64,000 nucleotides of DNA, taken from the NCBI GenBank assembly GCA_003344405.1, contig NOWV01000014.1:434001-498000 (forward strand), given 5' to 3'. The position numbers and the translations under genes are program-made. The notes under the pieces are model-generated. The model was not told the DNA's origin. It was given only the letters and a program-made list of their open reading frames with translations, and ran no database searches. Positions 12,211 through 25,598 of this stretch are shown in pieces (the stretch's first letter is position 1; every line of letters begins with the position of its first letter). This DNA comes from Trichoplax sp. H2. Taxonomy: Eukaryota.

Positions 12211-15200
12211 TTATCGAGTATACATAGGAGAAAAATGATCAGGATCGTTGTATTGACTGCAACAAGTAGGCGAGACATTAACAGCTAAAATGATAGAGCA
12301 AATAGTAGAAAGACCAGCTAAAACACCAGCTACTACAATAATGGCATTATATGTGCCGCTAGCAGTAATGATACCTCCCATGATAAGGCAGACCACAGCT
12401 TGTGCTACATAAGCAAGACTTGTTAATGCAGCTATAAATAAATCGATTCGCCATTGAGGTATAAAAAAACTTTTACCACCTCCCAATGTTTCTCTTTCGG
12501 AATTCTAAATATCGATGGGATACAATTATCGATATTAAATTTACTTATTTATAATAAAGTTATTTCAATACAGAATGTAGTAAGCTAATTGGGTTAGAAC
12601 TGAATGAAAGCAAAGTTACGGAAGTGAGAACTTGACTATTTCAACTTTATAATGTATTGTACAAGCTAACCCTAATCCAACCCTAAATAAAGTTAAGAGC
12701 GTATTATGGAGGTAAACTTCGTCTATTTCAAATTTGTGATTTAATAGAGTAATAATTTAAAATCTAAAGGAAGCAACAGTATATATACAATTATTTCACT
12801 ACGATATATAAGTTGGTCTAAAATTAAATAAAGTAAACATGAAGGAGATCAAGAACTTGCCTACTTCAAGGTAATATCACAACATCATTGATCATTATAC
12901 TCGTCAACATTGAATAATTAAATCATCCTAGATATAATTTATGAAACTCTATTAATTCAAGATAAATCTTCTTTATAAGTTAATATATTAATCAGGGATA
13001 TGAAATGCGGTATGAGTACAACTTGTTAAATCAGATTATCTAGAATTTGACCATTAAATAAACATTGATAAATTGCCTAATTGTAACTGTAAAAATTTGT
13101 TAATTTTTTGATTTTTCTGCAGAAATGACTATTGGCACTCAACAAATTATCTGATGTTTTTGGCTATTAGGTATATTTATGTGTAAAAAATTAGTTAAAA
13201 ACTATATATAGAGTAGAAATTTCTAAAATTTCTACTAACTCTTCATCGATACTAGTGGAACGGTTGTGAAAATTGATGATATACATACATAAATTATGGA
13301 AGCTGACGGCTAATACTACGCTAAGGCTGAGTTAGAACAAGAATTGAGAATTAAAAAGATTTACCTTAGCATTGACAGAGTTTTGATAGCTTGAGACCAA
13401 CATAAAGGGTAAAGAAATTAAAGCTGCCAAGTGTAATCCTGACAGTGCCGATAAAACTAAAACGGCGGAAGTATTGGCTACACTACCAATAATGGCCATA
13501 GCAACTGCAAATGTAAACTGGCTCAGAATGTAAACAATACGAATATCAATCAAATTAATGATGAATTTCATCAGGAAAGCCAATATAGAATATGAGATGA
13601 AATGTAACAGCAAGGCCCAACAACCCAATTGGATACCAGTTTTAAAATAGGTTTGATTAATGTTGAAATTAAAATTAATGTTGTGATTATCAATATAGAT
13701 AACTTGGCCAACATATTGAGTAAAAAATAATTGATAGCTAACAAATGCAGACCAACCAAAGAATTGAGTGATGCATAGTAGTAGTAATGGTTTAGGCATC
13801 GTCAAGAATGATTTTAGAATGAGAAAGAAAGTAATGGGCTGTGAATCATTTAAATCTTGGTCTGTAATTTCATCATAACTCTCTGCATCATCATCCTCCT
13901 CTTCGTTATTATCTCGTCTTTCTGCGGAAGAATTACTTTCGCCTTGTTGATATTTTTCTTTCCGATTCGCTTGGTTTTCATCCGTTTCTAGCTGTTGATA
14001 TGTATGATTATTGCTATAACCGTTTGAGCGGTTGCCGCCTTGCATATTAGTTAAGCCTCTTGAGGGACGAGTACTCGGCTCTCTCATGCTGATTAAGGTT
14101 AATCCAATACATATAACAAACATAATAATGGCAATATTGAAGACCACTTGAATTTGATCATCTAGTGTATATAGCCAGTCAATAGCTATTCATCGAAAGG
14201 AATAAGAATGCATCAAAATGACTGTAAGTCATAATTTCATATCTGTGCAAGTTATTGCCTTAGATCGCTGTGCCTATACCATATACTTGTACTTCCTTTA
14301 ATAGCTACAGTATTCATTGAAAGTAATAATATACTGTATTAAATAAGCAAAAATAGTGATAAATTGCTTAGATGTCTGCCAATATTACTGCTTATAATTT
14401 GATATTCATACTGTATTTGATTCCTCTCAACTAACTATTCCTTGAAAGGAAATAAAACCATTAGGGATTTAGGGATTAAGTAGAAAGGTAAATGACAATT
14501 TTATATCTACAAATGTTACTAATAACGGTAGGTAATTCATCTTAATAGCTATGATATTTTATTGTGAGAAAGGACGATATGAAAAGGTTTAAAGTAGTGA
14601 TAAATTGAATTTTATACTTCGAACGCATTTTATAGTTGACTTACCGCTTAACATATACGCCAAACAGCTGCCAAAGCCAGCAACGACAGCAAAGAGATTA
14701 ATTGCGAATTGTCTCTGAGTTGATGGAGTAACATCCAACATGTAGGATCGCGTTGCAATTTGACAGGTATCAGTTGAAAAATCAGTTAAAACAACGCCTA
14801 AAGCAGTAAAAACGATTCCCCATGGATGGTAGTGATCATTGTCAGTGTGAGCATGGCGACCAATCGATTCGCCGTTAGCAATAAAAATAAGTCCAATAAT
14901 TACACCAACAGCGAAAATTAATACAAATGGCCTTCGACGGCCCATTCGACTATGGCAACCATGACTTAAGATGGCCACTTTGGGTTGAAATATTAAGCAT
15001 AAAATGGGACTAATTGACCAAATCATACTGGCAAAAGTCATGTTCATATTTAGTTTATAAAATATGGGGATAACATAAGCAGTAGCAATGGCATACGAAA
15101 ATTGGGTAGCATAAATGGTGCAACTGACAAGTAAGAGCTGCCATTTAGGTAGCAATTGATTGCCGTTTTCTTGATATTTCCTAATATTACTACTACCACC

Positions 15201-15320
15201 AGTAGTTTTGCTTGCTTTATCAACATGGCTACTTGATTCTCCGTGATCATTGCTTTGACTAGATTTGATACTGCCTTGTTGCACTGATTCACACTGTAAA
15301 GCATCTTCATCTCCGGCCAT
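12211..15320 (-). CDS. SLC45-family transporter, divergent copy D, 3 exons
   Basis: Exons 15320-14645, 14185-13365 and 12504-12211. Motifs WSISPILCLIFQP, CHSRMGRRRPFVL, RSYMLD, AIDW, TMPKPLLLLCITQFFGW and GIQLGCWAL. Confidence 0.9.
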
Positions 15321-16689
15321 GATTATTTTTTTATTAATTAATCGTTAGGAGCTATAAAATCTGTTCACAATAGGGTATCAGATTTGGTATTTTACGATGC
15401 TGAGGTTAGATAGTTAATAATCTTTTAGCTTGCCAACCTTTGCTAATACTCTAACAGAAATTATAAATTTGGAAATGAATGGCAGACTATAATGAGCGCG
15501 ATACTAACTTGTAGGCCTGAGATTGCAATTTTGGAAATGGACCTCAGACGATAGTAAGCGTTTTATGAGCGTGTAAACTTGTGTATTTTATAATACGAAG
15601 GTTGGATGATGAATAATGTTTTGGTTCATCAGCTTTGGTGACTATTCTTGCAGTAGTATTTGATAGTAGTGAGATTGGATAATGGATAATTTTACTTGTT
15701 CAGTAGAGAGGTATGGATTCCGTCAACAGTCGGGCAATCAACGGATTCCTAGCAAATTAAGTATGCCAAAAAGAATTGAACTATCTTGAGTTTAAGTGCA
15801 GTAATTACTAAATTATAACTTCGACAAGAACATAAATAGATAATATTACTATTTTCAACTTTGTCAATAAAGTGTTTGGGACTAATTCCAATTAGAATCT
15901 AAAAATAAATATAAAATTTATTTTAGTCGATTAATCTTTCATTGTCAAGTTGTAGGGATTATTTTAGATGCTGGACTTCTTCACTGGTTAGTATACCCAC
16001 ATATAGAAGCGATCCTTAGCGCTGCTTCGAACTGGGATAGATCATCTTCGAAAATTTTCAAAGGCTTTCACAGAAAGTACGAGAGCAGATCAAAAACTCA
16101 AACGGACAAATGATCTAATTTTTTGACTTCATTTGCTAGACAAAAAATAGGAGTGGATCATTATTCATTCGAATTATTTCATTGATTCCAGTCATTAGAC
16201 AGAAGAAATGAATGATTGGAGGTTCTTAAATATACTTTCTATTTCTACTTATCGGAATGCTTTCTATAACTGAGTTGAGATTTAATTCTGACGAATAAAA
16301 CTCTTCAATTGGATAAAATCCAGGCCACTCTATTCTACTCTATTTTTGTCTTGACATTTTCACTTCTGTCAATCAAAAAGAACTCTTATTGGGTTCGATT
16401 ACAGGATTCATAATACTCATTTCATTGCCACTTTTATTATTCTTGATGAAAATTGAATAGGCTCAATTCTAATAGAGCAGAAGATGGTGCTAATTTTTTC
16501 TTTAATCACTGATCATTAGGTTGGAACCGGCGGGATATTCTAATGATCGATTCAAGAATTAGCTACTTTTAGTATCATCAAGCGGTGCATGTAGTTGTCT
16601 ATTTTGATTCTACGCCGAGGAGATATTATTTTTTTATATCATCAATTGGTTGGATCCATTGGCAGTAGAAGTCGGAGAAACTCGATTTT

Positions 16690-17400
16690 TAACATGATAT
16701 TATTGTAGATCTTCTCTTTACTAGCTAATGGTTGAAATTGCAAGCAAAATAATTTGACTTCTGATATAGAATTATTGTAGGTTTGCTTCTTGCTAACTAA
16801 TGGTCGAGATTGCAAGTAAAATAATTTTATTTTTAACGTAGAATTATTGTAGGTTCGCTCTTTGCTAACTAACGGTCGAAGCTACAAGCAAAAAATCTTG
16901 ATTTCTAACACAAAATTATTATAGTTTCGCTCTTTACTAACTAATGGTCGAAACTGCAAGCAAAGCAACAGGATTTCTAACATAGAATTATTGTGGCTAC
17001 ACTCTTTACTGACTAACTATCAAGACTGGAAGCAAAGTAACTTGGTTTCTAATATAGAACTATTGTAGGTCCGGACCTTACTAACTAATGATCGAGATTA
17101 AAATTAGAGTAACTTGATTTCTAACATAGAATTATCGTAGATCCGCTTCTTACCAATTAATGATCATAGCTGGAAGCAAAGTAACTTGATTCTAACATGG
17201 AATTATCGTATGTCCGCTTCTTACTAACTAATGATCGAAATTGAAAGAAGAGTAACGTGACTTCTAAGTGCTAACATAGAATTATCGTAGGTCAGCTCCA
17301 TATTAACTAACGATTGAAACTGGAAGTAGAGTGAGTTTTGATTTCATTTATAAAATCATTGTCAATTCGCTTTTTGCCAACGAACGATCTAAACTGATAG
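16690..17400. repeat. Degenerate 72-bp tandem array (~9-10 units)
   Basis: The unit AGAATTATTGTAGGTTCGCTCTTTACTAACTAATGGTCGA...GCAAA...TTGATTTCTAACAT recurs at ~72-nt spacing (e.g. 16701, 16773, 16845). Confidence 0.85.
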
Positions 17401-17759
17401 CAGAAAGCTGATTATTGAAGCGAGAGATTCAAAATGGCTCCAGTTTGAACTAGGAATAAACTAGAAATCTTAATTAGTATTGAGACTATTTACTGCAAAG
17501 GTATTTTCCGGTAGGAAAATAAGTATTATTTGTAGTAAGATTGAACTTTGCCGTCAAAAAGTTGATCATCAGATAGAATGTAGAAAAGAGTAGATTCTCA
17601 TATATCGAATTGGAATTTAAGATTGAATAATAGAAAGGCTAACGACGTAGAATATAGATCGCTATCGACCTTTTCTGTCAGGCTATTCTCGATTGTTTAG
17701 AAATAAGTCATATATGGACTAGTACTAGGGAAATTGAGCACTATTTGGATCCAGATCAA

Positions 17760-19720
17760 AAAAGAAAAGCGTTTCCAAGTTGATTTTTATTTGAATTCTA
17801 ACTGAAATAGTAAATTGATTCAGTGAAATTGCAGAGTCAGAAACGAATCAATTTTGAATCGATGTTAATTCGAATTCTAATGAAGGTGAGAAAGAGATTG
17901 AATGAGATTTCATAACCAAAAAATAAATCAATTTTGAGTCAATCTTCATTTGAATGTGAGTTGAAATACTAATTAGAATTCGAGCCATTCCTCATTCAAA
18001 TTCAGCTTATAGTACGAAAACGATTCAAGAGGATCCACCACTAATATATGAATCTATTTGAGATCGAGTTTACTGGAGTTCTAATTGAAATACTAGGGTG
18101 AATTCGAGCTGATATTCATCTGAATTCTGATTAAAAAGCAAATATGATTCAAGATGATTCCACCGCCCATATACGAACTTATCTTAAGTCAATGTTAATT
18201 GACTTTCTGATTGAAATACTCCTGTAATTTCCCACCGGAATGCATTTAAATTGTAGTTGAAATAGAACAGTGGAATATTAAAAAACGATCTCATTTAAAG
18301 CTATACTAATTCAAATTCTAATTGAAATATTAAAGTGATTCAATGGAATTGTACGGTCCAAAAACAAATCTGTTTTGAGTTAATGTTAGCCTAAATTCTA
18401 ATGAAGATACTAAAGAGATTTAGAGCCGATGCTCATTGGAATTCTAATTGGAATAGGAAGACGATTTAAAGAAATTTCACTACTAAAGAAAATAATTAAA
18501 AGTTTCTAATCAATATTAATTTGAATTCTAATCGAGATGCTAAAGTGATTTCGAGCCAATATTCATTCCGGTAGAAATAGGAAAGTGATTTTAAAGGGAC
18601 GTCGCAATGAGTGAAATGATAAAATTTCGAATCGGTATTAATTTAAATTCTAATAGAAATACTATATGGTGATTTCGAGTCGATATTTATTTGAATTGCA
18701 GTTGAAATAGAAAAGTGATTTAAAGGGATTACGCTGTCAAAAAATGATCCGATTTTGTATCGATACCAATTCGAATTCTACTTGAAATAGAAAAGTGATT
18801 TAATGGGATTACGTTGTCAAAAACCAGTCCTTTTCCAGTGAGCCTTACAAATTCTAATTGTGATTTCTAATAGAAATACTCCATTAATTTCGAGCAGACA
18901 TTCGTTTGAATTCCAATTGAAAAATGGAAGTGAGTACGCTGTCTAAAAATGATCCGATTTGGCATTGATACTAACTTGAATTCTATTTGAAATCCTAAAG
19001 TGATTCAATGGGATTCCACAGTCCAAAACGAGTTTATTTAGAGTCAATGTTAATATGAATTCTAGTTAAAAATACTCAAGTAATTTCGAGTAGACATTCA
19101 TTTGGATTCTAGTTGAAAATGAAAGTGAATCCGTAGTCCAAAAATGATCCAATTTTGTATCAATACTATTTGAGTTGAATTTTAAATTCTACAGTAATTT
19201 AATGAAATTTTAACGTCAAAACGAATCCATTTGGGTCAATATTCATTCGGATTTTAATTGAAATAGTAACGTCATTTTGAGCCGACATTCACTGGATTGT
19301 AGTTGAAATGTAAAAATAATTCCGCTGTCCAAAAATGATTCGATTTTGTATCGATACTAGTTTGAATTCTATTTGATAATCCTAAAGTAATTTAATGGGA
19401 TTCCAGTGTCAAAAACGAATCTGTTTGAGTCAATGTTAATCTAAATTCTAACTGAAATACTCAAGTAATTTCGAGCTGACATTCATTAGAATTATAGTTT
19501 AAATATGAAAGTGATTCTGCTGCTTAAAAGTGATCTAATTTTGTATTAATATTAATTTGAATTCATTCCAAATCCTAAAGTAATTCAGTGGAATATCAAC
19601 GTTAAAAATGAATCTATTTTCAGTCAATGCTTGCTTGAATATTCAAGCTGAAATACTAAAGTGATTGAATAGAATTCCACTGTCGAAAACGAATCTATTT
19701 GGAGTCGATCTTAATTTGAT
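17760..19720. repeat. Compound GAATTC-rich satellite with a ~190-195 bp higher-order period
   Basis: Recurrent GAATTCTA.TTGAAAT..AAAGTGATT subunits. AAAAATGATCC-like anchors at 18945, 19140, 19331 and 19526. Confidence 0.8.
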
Positions 19721-21639
19721 TGAAAGTGTCCAATATGGTGAAGACTCTGATAAAAGGATTGTCCAATTTGTAACAATCTGATTAAGGAGATAGGAAGATA
19801 GAGTAGAAATTACTACACAAGGTAATAGAATCAATCAATGCTGATTTCTCATTTGAGAGAAAACTGGAATTATCATAGAGTTGTCCAGATAAGATATCCA
19901 ATGAGGTTAGAATCATCTCGACTGGTGAATAGAAGTAAACTCTGTATATTCATCTAAAGTGGGAAAAGATATTTTATGATCCTTTGGCTTGAATGAGTCT
20001 AGAACTAACTGGAAATGTGATATCTCAACTCGAGAACGATAGCATGCAGTCCATGGATGGTGAAGAACTTCGCTAAATGATAAAGATCACGCCTTGGCTA
20101 CCTCAAAGAATTAACCTCGTGGACTTGATTATTACTAATTTATGTCTAATTCTAAAGTGTAATAGAATCCCATCCATGAGAACAGAATTAAAATAGTAAA
20201 GTAGAGTGAAGAAATACTGACTAGTTTAGACGTGTTGAACTGGAGTTTAAACCCTCAAGGAATAAATTGGAATCCATCTTGTCCCTTTAAACAATTTACC
20301 GTTAATGGATAGATCAAAGTAACAATACTTTTCTAGTGCAGCAATCAAATACGAGACCATGAGAGTTATTTAAATTAATTATTATTCTTTTAATTAAATA
20401 CTATCTGCCATTTGGGAAATGGATGGGCATGATATCGAATTTAATAGTTACAGGCATAGGGACAGCGATATATTTTTGCCACTTTTTTTATTCAAGCTAC
20501 GTGTACGGCGTAAGCCGAGGGCGAACTTTTTCCTCCATCCGTTCGTCATGATTTTCATCTTTATTACAGTCTGAATTTGTCAACGTCAAAAATTGATGAT
20601 ATTAAAGTATTTGTCTTACCTTACGCGAGAAAAAATGGATCAAGAAAATACCAGCGAGAATGGAAGTAGATCGAATGGAACGATAGTTCGTAGAGGTAGT
20701 AGTTACTCCATTAAAAGGCCATTCTCGTTTTGCGACTAAGCCTGTAAGTGAAGAGATCGGCCTAAACTTATTACAATCTTCCTATCCTGATCAATGGATA
20801 AATCGATCTCAAGTGTAAGAATTCCACTCTAACTATGGGAGAGAAATGTATTAAACTAAGTTGTAGAATTCAATATGCTGTAGAAAATGAACTTAGAATA
20901 GTATTCTCATTGTGCTATCCCCTTCTTGGTCGCTGAAGAAGACAATGGCGTCCTATCGTCGATATTCTAAAGGGCTAATATTCAATTCAATAGCCATTTT
21001 CTTGCACAAAAGGACAGAATGATTCTATTCAAGAACTCTGTAGAAAATGCACCTGCACACTGTGGCCTACATGATGTCGATAGTGTTTCTGTTGTTGTCA
21101 GAGGATAAAGCTAAAAGAAACAATCCAAGGATATCCACCATAGTAAAGAACACAAGCACAATCATCATCATTAATTTTTCATAAGCAGTCCCTATTTTAA
21201 CCTACTCGTCACTGCTGTAATGGCTGTTGGCTATAGCGTGCAACATGCCTTCCATCGACTCGATAGAGTATTAGCTGGTAGGAAATTATCGACTGACTGT
21301 TTCTTTCCGTCGATAAGAGAGGCCAAAGAAAAGTCAATATTGATCTTAAATTGCAATAAGTCAACTTTATTATTCTTCATACTCGATATCAATCAATCGC
21401 TTGGTAATAGATTATTATTTCAATAGTCAGAGAGGAAAGGATTAATTTTGTTTCTATTTTTGGCCTAGTAGAAGTGTAAATGGATATCTTTCAACATGTT
21501 TTTTAGTCCAGGGTAGAGAGAGAGAGTGAGTCAATTGGGGAAAAAATGGCCATTTTCCTGAATCGAATCTGACGAAAACTAACTCTTATGACTGTCATTT
21601 TCGAAGCCATTGCTATCACCTTCAATAGGAATTTCAATA

Positions 21640-22700
21640 AGGGAAAGGGTGTCGAATAGCGCCATGATGATGGGTGGTCGATGAAGGGTAGATATTTGGC
21701 ATCGAGGATTCATATTTTAGACGATCCAAAGAATTATCTTGAAGATGATAATACAACATATTCAAGATGAATTTTACCAAGGAATAGGATGTTTATGAAC
21801 ACCGTGATAATCGAGGATCGAAGGACAGAGCTATTTGTGAACGCCAAGATGATCGGTTGTCAAGAAAAAGGATGTTTATTAACACCACGACAATCGATTA
21901 TCAAGGAAAGGGCTGTTTATGAACACTATGATAATGATGGGTTGTTAAGGAAAAGGATGTTCATCTACACCATGAAAGTCGATTGCCTGGGAAATGGACG
22001 TTTATCAACACCATGGTTGCCGATTAGGGTTATATCTTGATCGGCAAGGATAGACATTGGCATCAAGTATTCATTTTTAAAAGTGATATGAAGAATTAGC
22101 TTGAAGATAACAATAGAAACTGATAGTATCAAATAGGAATCTATCAAGGAAGGAGATATTCTCTAGCACTATTTTGCATGAACACCATGATTGACGATTG
22201 TCATGGAAAGGGAGGTTAATGAACTCCATGACGGTATCAAGCTTGAATTTGTCAAGGAAGGGAATGTTCATTAGTACTATTTTGCATGAACACCATGTGG
22301 TCGATTGTCATGGAAAGGGATGTTAATGCGCTCCATGATAGTTGGTCAAGGTTGTAGACAGGATAGATACTGACATGGCGTATTCATTTTTAAAAGCGCT
22401 ATGAAGAATCGCCTTGAAGATGTCCAATTGTCCATACAAACGTACAGCATCAAACATGAATCTGTCAAGGAAGGGAATGTTCATTAGGATCATTTTGCAT
22501 GAACATCATGATGCACAATTGTTATGGAAAGGAACGTTAATAAACTATACGGTAGTTGATCAAGGTTATAGCCTGATCTATCAGGGATAGATATTGATAT
22601 TGTATAAGATAATAGTTATTTGTTAGTCTTGTTCATTAGTTTGAATTGAACAAGATCGAGTATTCATTTTGAAGCGATATGTAGAATGCGAAAATGGTGA
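21640..22700. repeat. Degenerate minisatellite (~40-bp core) with longer duplicated blocks
   Basis: Recurring CAAGGAA(A)GGGA.TGTT.AT..ACACCATGAT..TCGATT core. The block TTTTGCATGAACACCATG...ATTGTCATGGAAAGG occurs three times. Confidence 0.7.
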
Positions 22701-23479
22701 TTTGATGGTTATACGAATAGAATCGAGAATGCTGTCAAAGATAGTGTATAGAAAATTGACTGCCACAATATTAATAGCAAACTGAAACAAGGCTATACAG
22801 AGGTATTTAAGGTAATAGTTATCCTATAAGGAAATAATTTAATATCTTGACATGCGGATCAATCAATCGGCCGCAAATCTGTCAATGCAATGGCAAAGGC
22901 AACCTCTAAAAATCTTGTTGAATAGGGTAATAAAGTACGATCCACCTGCATTCATTTTTCTGCCTAAAATAGCCAGAGCGCAGTGATGCCATACCTCAAG
23001 TGATTCCCAGAGCGTATAAAGCTTTAACTCCGGTGTAAACTTAGCTGTATTAGAAATCATCGCTAGAATGAATTTAAAACTTTGAGATAAAGCAAGGCTT
23101 AAATGGAGTCAAAAAGCTATTATGGATGCTAAGATCGCTATACATAAAAAAATAATTTACAAGTCTTGACAATTGAGTAAAAGAATCGTCATAAATCCGT
23201 TAGTGCAATGGACTCATTTTAATATTTTCATTGCTTAAATGGATGCATTAGGATCGAAGTGGTAACCCTTGACAATCTTGTTGGATAACATGGATGACCC
23301 AATTACATTCATTTTCATGCTTTAAAGTAATAAGAGCATGATGATGCTTTACTTCTATTTGCAACTTTAAATGAAAGCCAGGCCAGAACAGGGTAATAAG
23401 ACTGCATAAAGGATATAGAGAAAAGATTGAAGATTACGACGACTTCTAAATCTGCTATCATGCATACTATTCGTAAAAG

Positions 23480-23538
23480 ATGTTAAAATGAGCACATTAT
23501 CGTAAACCGTCAGTAAAGCGACGGGAGTTTGCACTAGT
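23480..23538 (+). mobile_element. Helitron-like 3' terminus
   Basis: Hairpin CCGTC-agtaaagc-GACGG followed 9-10 nt later by CTAG|T. A near-identical inverted copy is at 31487-31544. Confidence 0.7.
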
Positions 23539-24859
23539 TTCTCTGAAAGTATAATCTACTTGCATTCTTTTCCATGCTTATTGTAGAAAGCGCCTACGGA
23601 AACTTGACACATCGGGTGATTTAGAACTGATCGCTAAAAGCAGCGTTCATCCGAAGCAGAATATTGATATCCATTTCTTTTACTTATCATCATGATCTGC
23701 TGAGATTAGTATATCACCTAATTAGTTTATGGAAATGGTATTTCTAGAGATGGTGTACTTAACCTAGTCCGTTTCATCCATCTCGACGACGGAGAAAGCA
23801 AAGTCATAATACTTGCGCAAAGATGGCGATAGTTGAGTTATATCATCGGCAATCACTAGCAATGTGTCCGTAGTTTTATTTCTGTTGATAAAATTCCTAG
23901 AAGGAATTGAAGACACCTAATTTAGGTAATATTATATACCGACATCGTGTAAACAACAATAAGAATGATCTTGCTCATCCATTTTTAATCATTACATTAT
24001 TCTCTTCGAACTCCGATTGGTGTTTTGTGAAGAAATATCGTGTACTGTATTTTGGAAAGAAGATAATTGCCTTTTCTATGCCTTGAAGGCTTCTATTACG
24101 GCTAAAAAAGTAAAAAGATGGATCTTGACGTTACTCATGTAGCAACAACAGCTTATCATAACATTATAGTAGTCCTGTTTCTTGTGGACGATAGATTTTA
24201 GATTCTGCAAGTCATGCATGTATCTTGCCTACCTATTTTAAATCATGATTCTATGATATAACTTACGTTATGGCTAAATAAGTAAGCATAGTGATGTTGA
24301 CTTATGCATTCCATAATAGTTTACCAGTATTAGAATAGGATATCCTATTTTTGAATCATTGCATTATTCTTGTGTTTTTGCATGATATGACAACACTCTT
24401 TACGGTTAAACAGGTAAAAATATTAGTGTTGATTTATACATTCCAGAATGCCATTAAATTATTGTCAAGATATTTTCATATTTCTTATGCACGTTGCGCT
24501 TTAGATTGTGCATGTAATGATTGTTGCTTACTCACTTTAAATCATCATATTAATCATGAATTTTTTCTACACTTTTCGAACTTATATCGAGGTTAAATAA
24601 GTAAAGAATATAGATGTTGATTTATGTGCATTTCATAATAGTTTACTATAGTACTTGGATAGTAAGTTATTCCTGATGATCTCTAGAATTTACATTCTGT
24701 ATCTATTTATATCTATGACGGGTGGATTATTAACATAATCTTCCACCCGTGACTTTTTATGGCTAGTATATTAAATGTACCGCAGTAAATGATATATAAC
24801 CGATGTGATTACCAAAGTTGGTCAAATTGTATATATCAACATGAAGGAAAATAAACAAA

Positions 24860-25430
24860 TCTAGCACTTCAGACTAGATGTTGGAAAAGCTAATTCGCTG
24901 CATTTTTTATTCTTAATTCCATTCCACAGCTGGAGAAATATAGAAAAACTCTGGTATTACTGATTTAGCATTAAATAGATATTTGAAAAGCTAAATTTCT
25001 TTATTTCTTATCCCAAATTCCTATCCATAGCCAAAGAAAGAGTAAAGAACACTAGTACTACTGAATCAATATTTGAAAAGCTGAATTTCCGCATTTTTCA
25101 TTCTGAATTCTAATCCATAGCAAGAGAAAAATAAAGAACACAAGTACTACTAAATCGAAACTTGAAAAGCTCATTCTCTACATTTTGATTCCCATCAATA
25201 GCAAAGGAAAAATAAAGAACGCTAGTACTAATGAATCAATATTTGAAAAGCTAAATTTCTTCATGTTTATTCCAAGTTTCAATCTGTAGCAAGAAGAAAT
25301 AAAGGACGCTAGTACTACTGAATCGATACTTGAAAAGCTAAATTTCTTCACTTTTATTCCAAAATTTCAACCCGTAGCAAGAGGAAAATAAAGGACGCTA
25401 GCAGTACTGAATAGAATTTAAAATGTTCAA
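24860..25430. repeat. Degenerate ~80-90 bp tandem array (~6 units)
   Basis: TTGAAAAGCT.AATT and CTAGTACTACTGAATC recur at about 24982, 25072, 25162, 25242 and 25330. Confidence 0.8.
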
Positions 25431-25598
25431 TTCTATCCGTACTCATCCTTAATATCAGCTTCTAATAAGTTATTACCTGGTCTAGTTCTTCGATCAATAC
25501 ATTCATTGTAAAACACAACTCAAATTCAAGGAATAGATTAAACAAGATAACTCTAAGGGCATTTATTTCTTATTGGATAAACCGATTCAGTAGTCAAG

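Noticed and set aside
20460..20575. FKLRVRRKP followed by a hydrophobic stretch, reminiscent of a Cys-loop receptor pre-M1 segment
   Set aside because: Short, ends in a stop and has no supporting exons, so it is probably chance.
21789..22271. ORFs with CHGKG/CQEKG words suggesting MORN repeats
   Set aside because: The period is ~40 nt rather than 69 nt, and the ORFs are by-products of a minisatellite.
22840..24210. Exon-like, slightly GC-richer patches
   Set aside because: I could not join them into an open spliced frame or recognise any domain.
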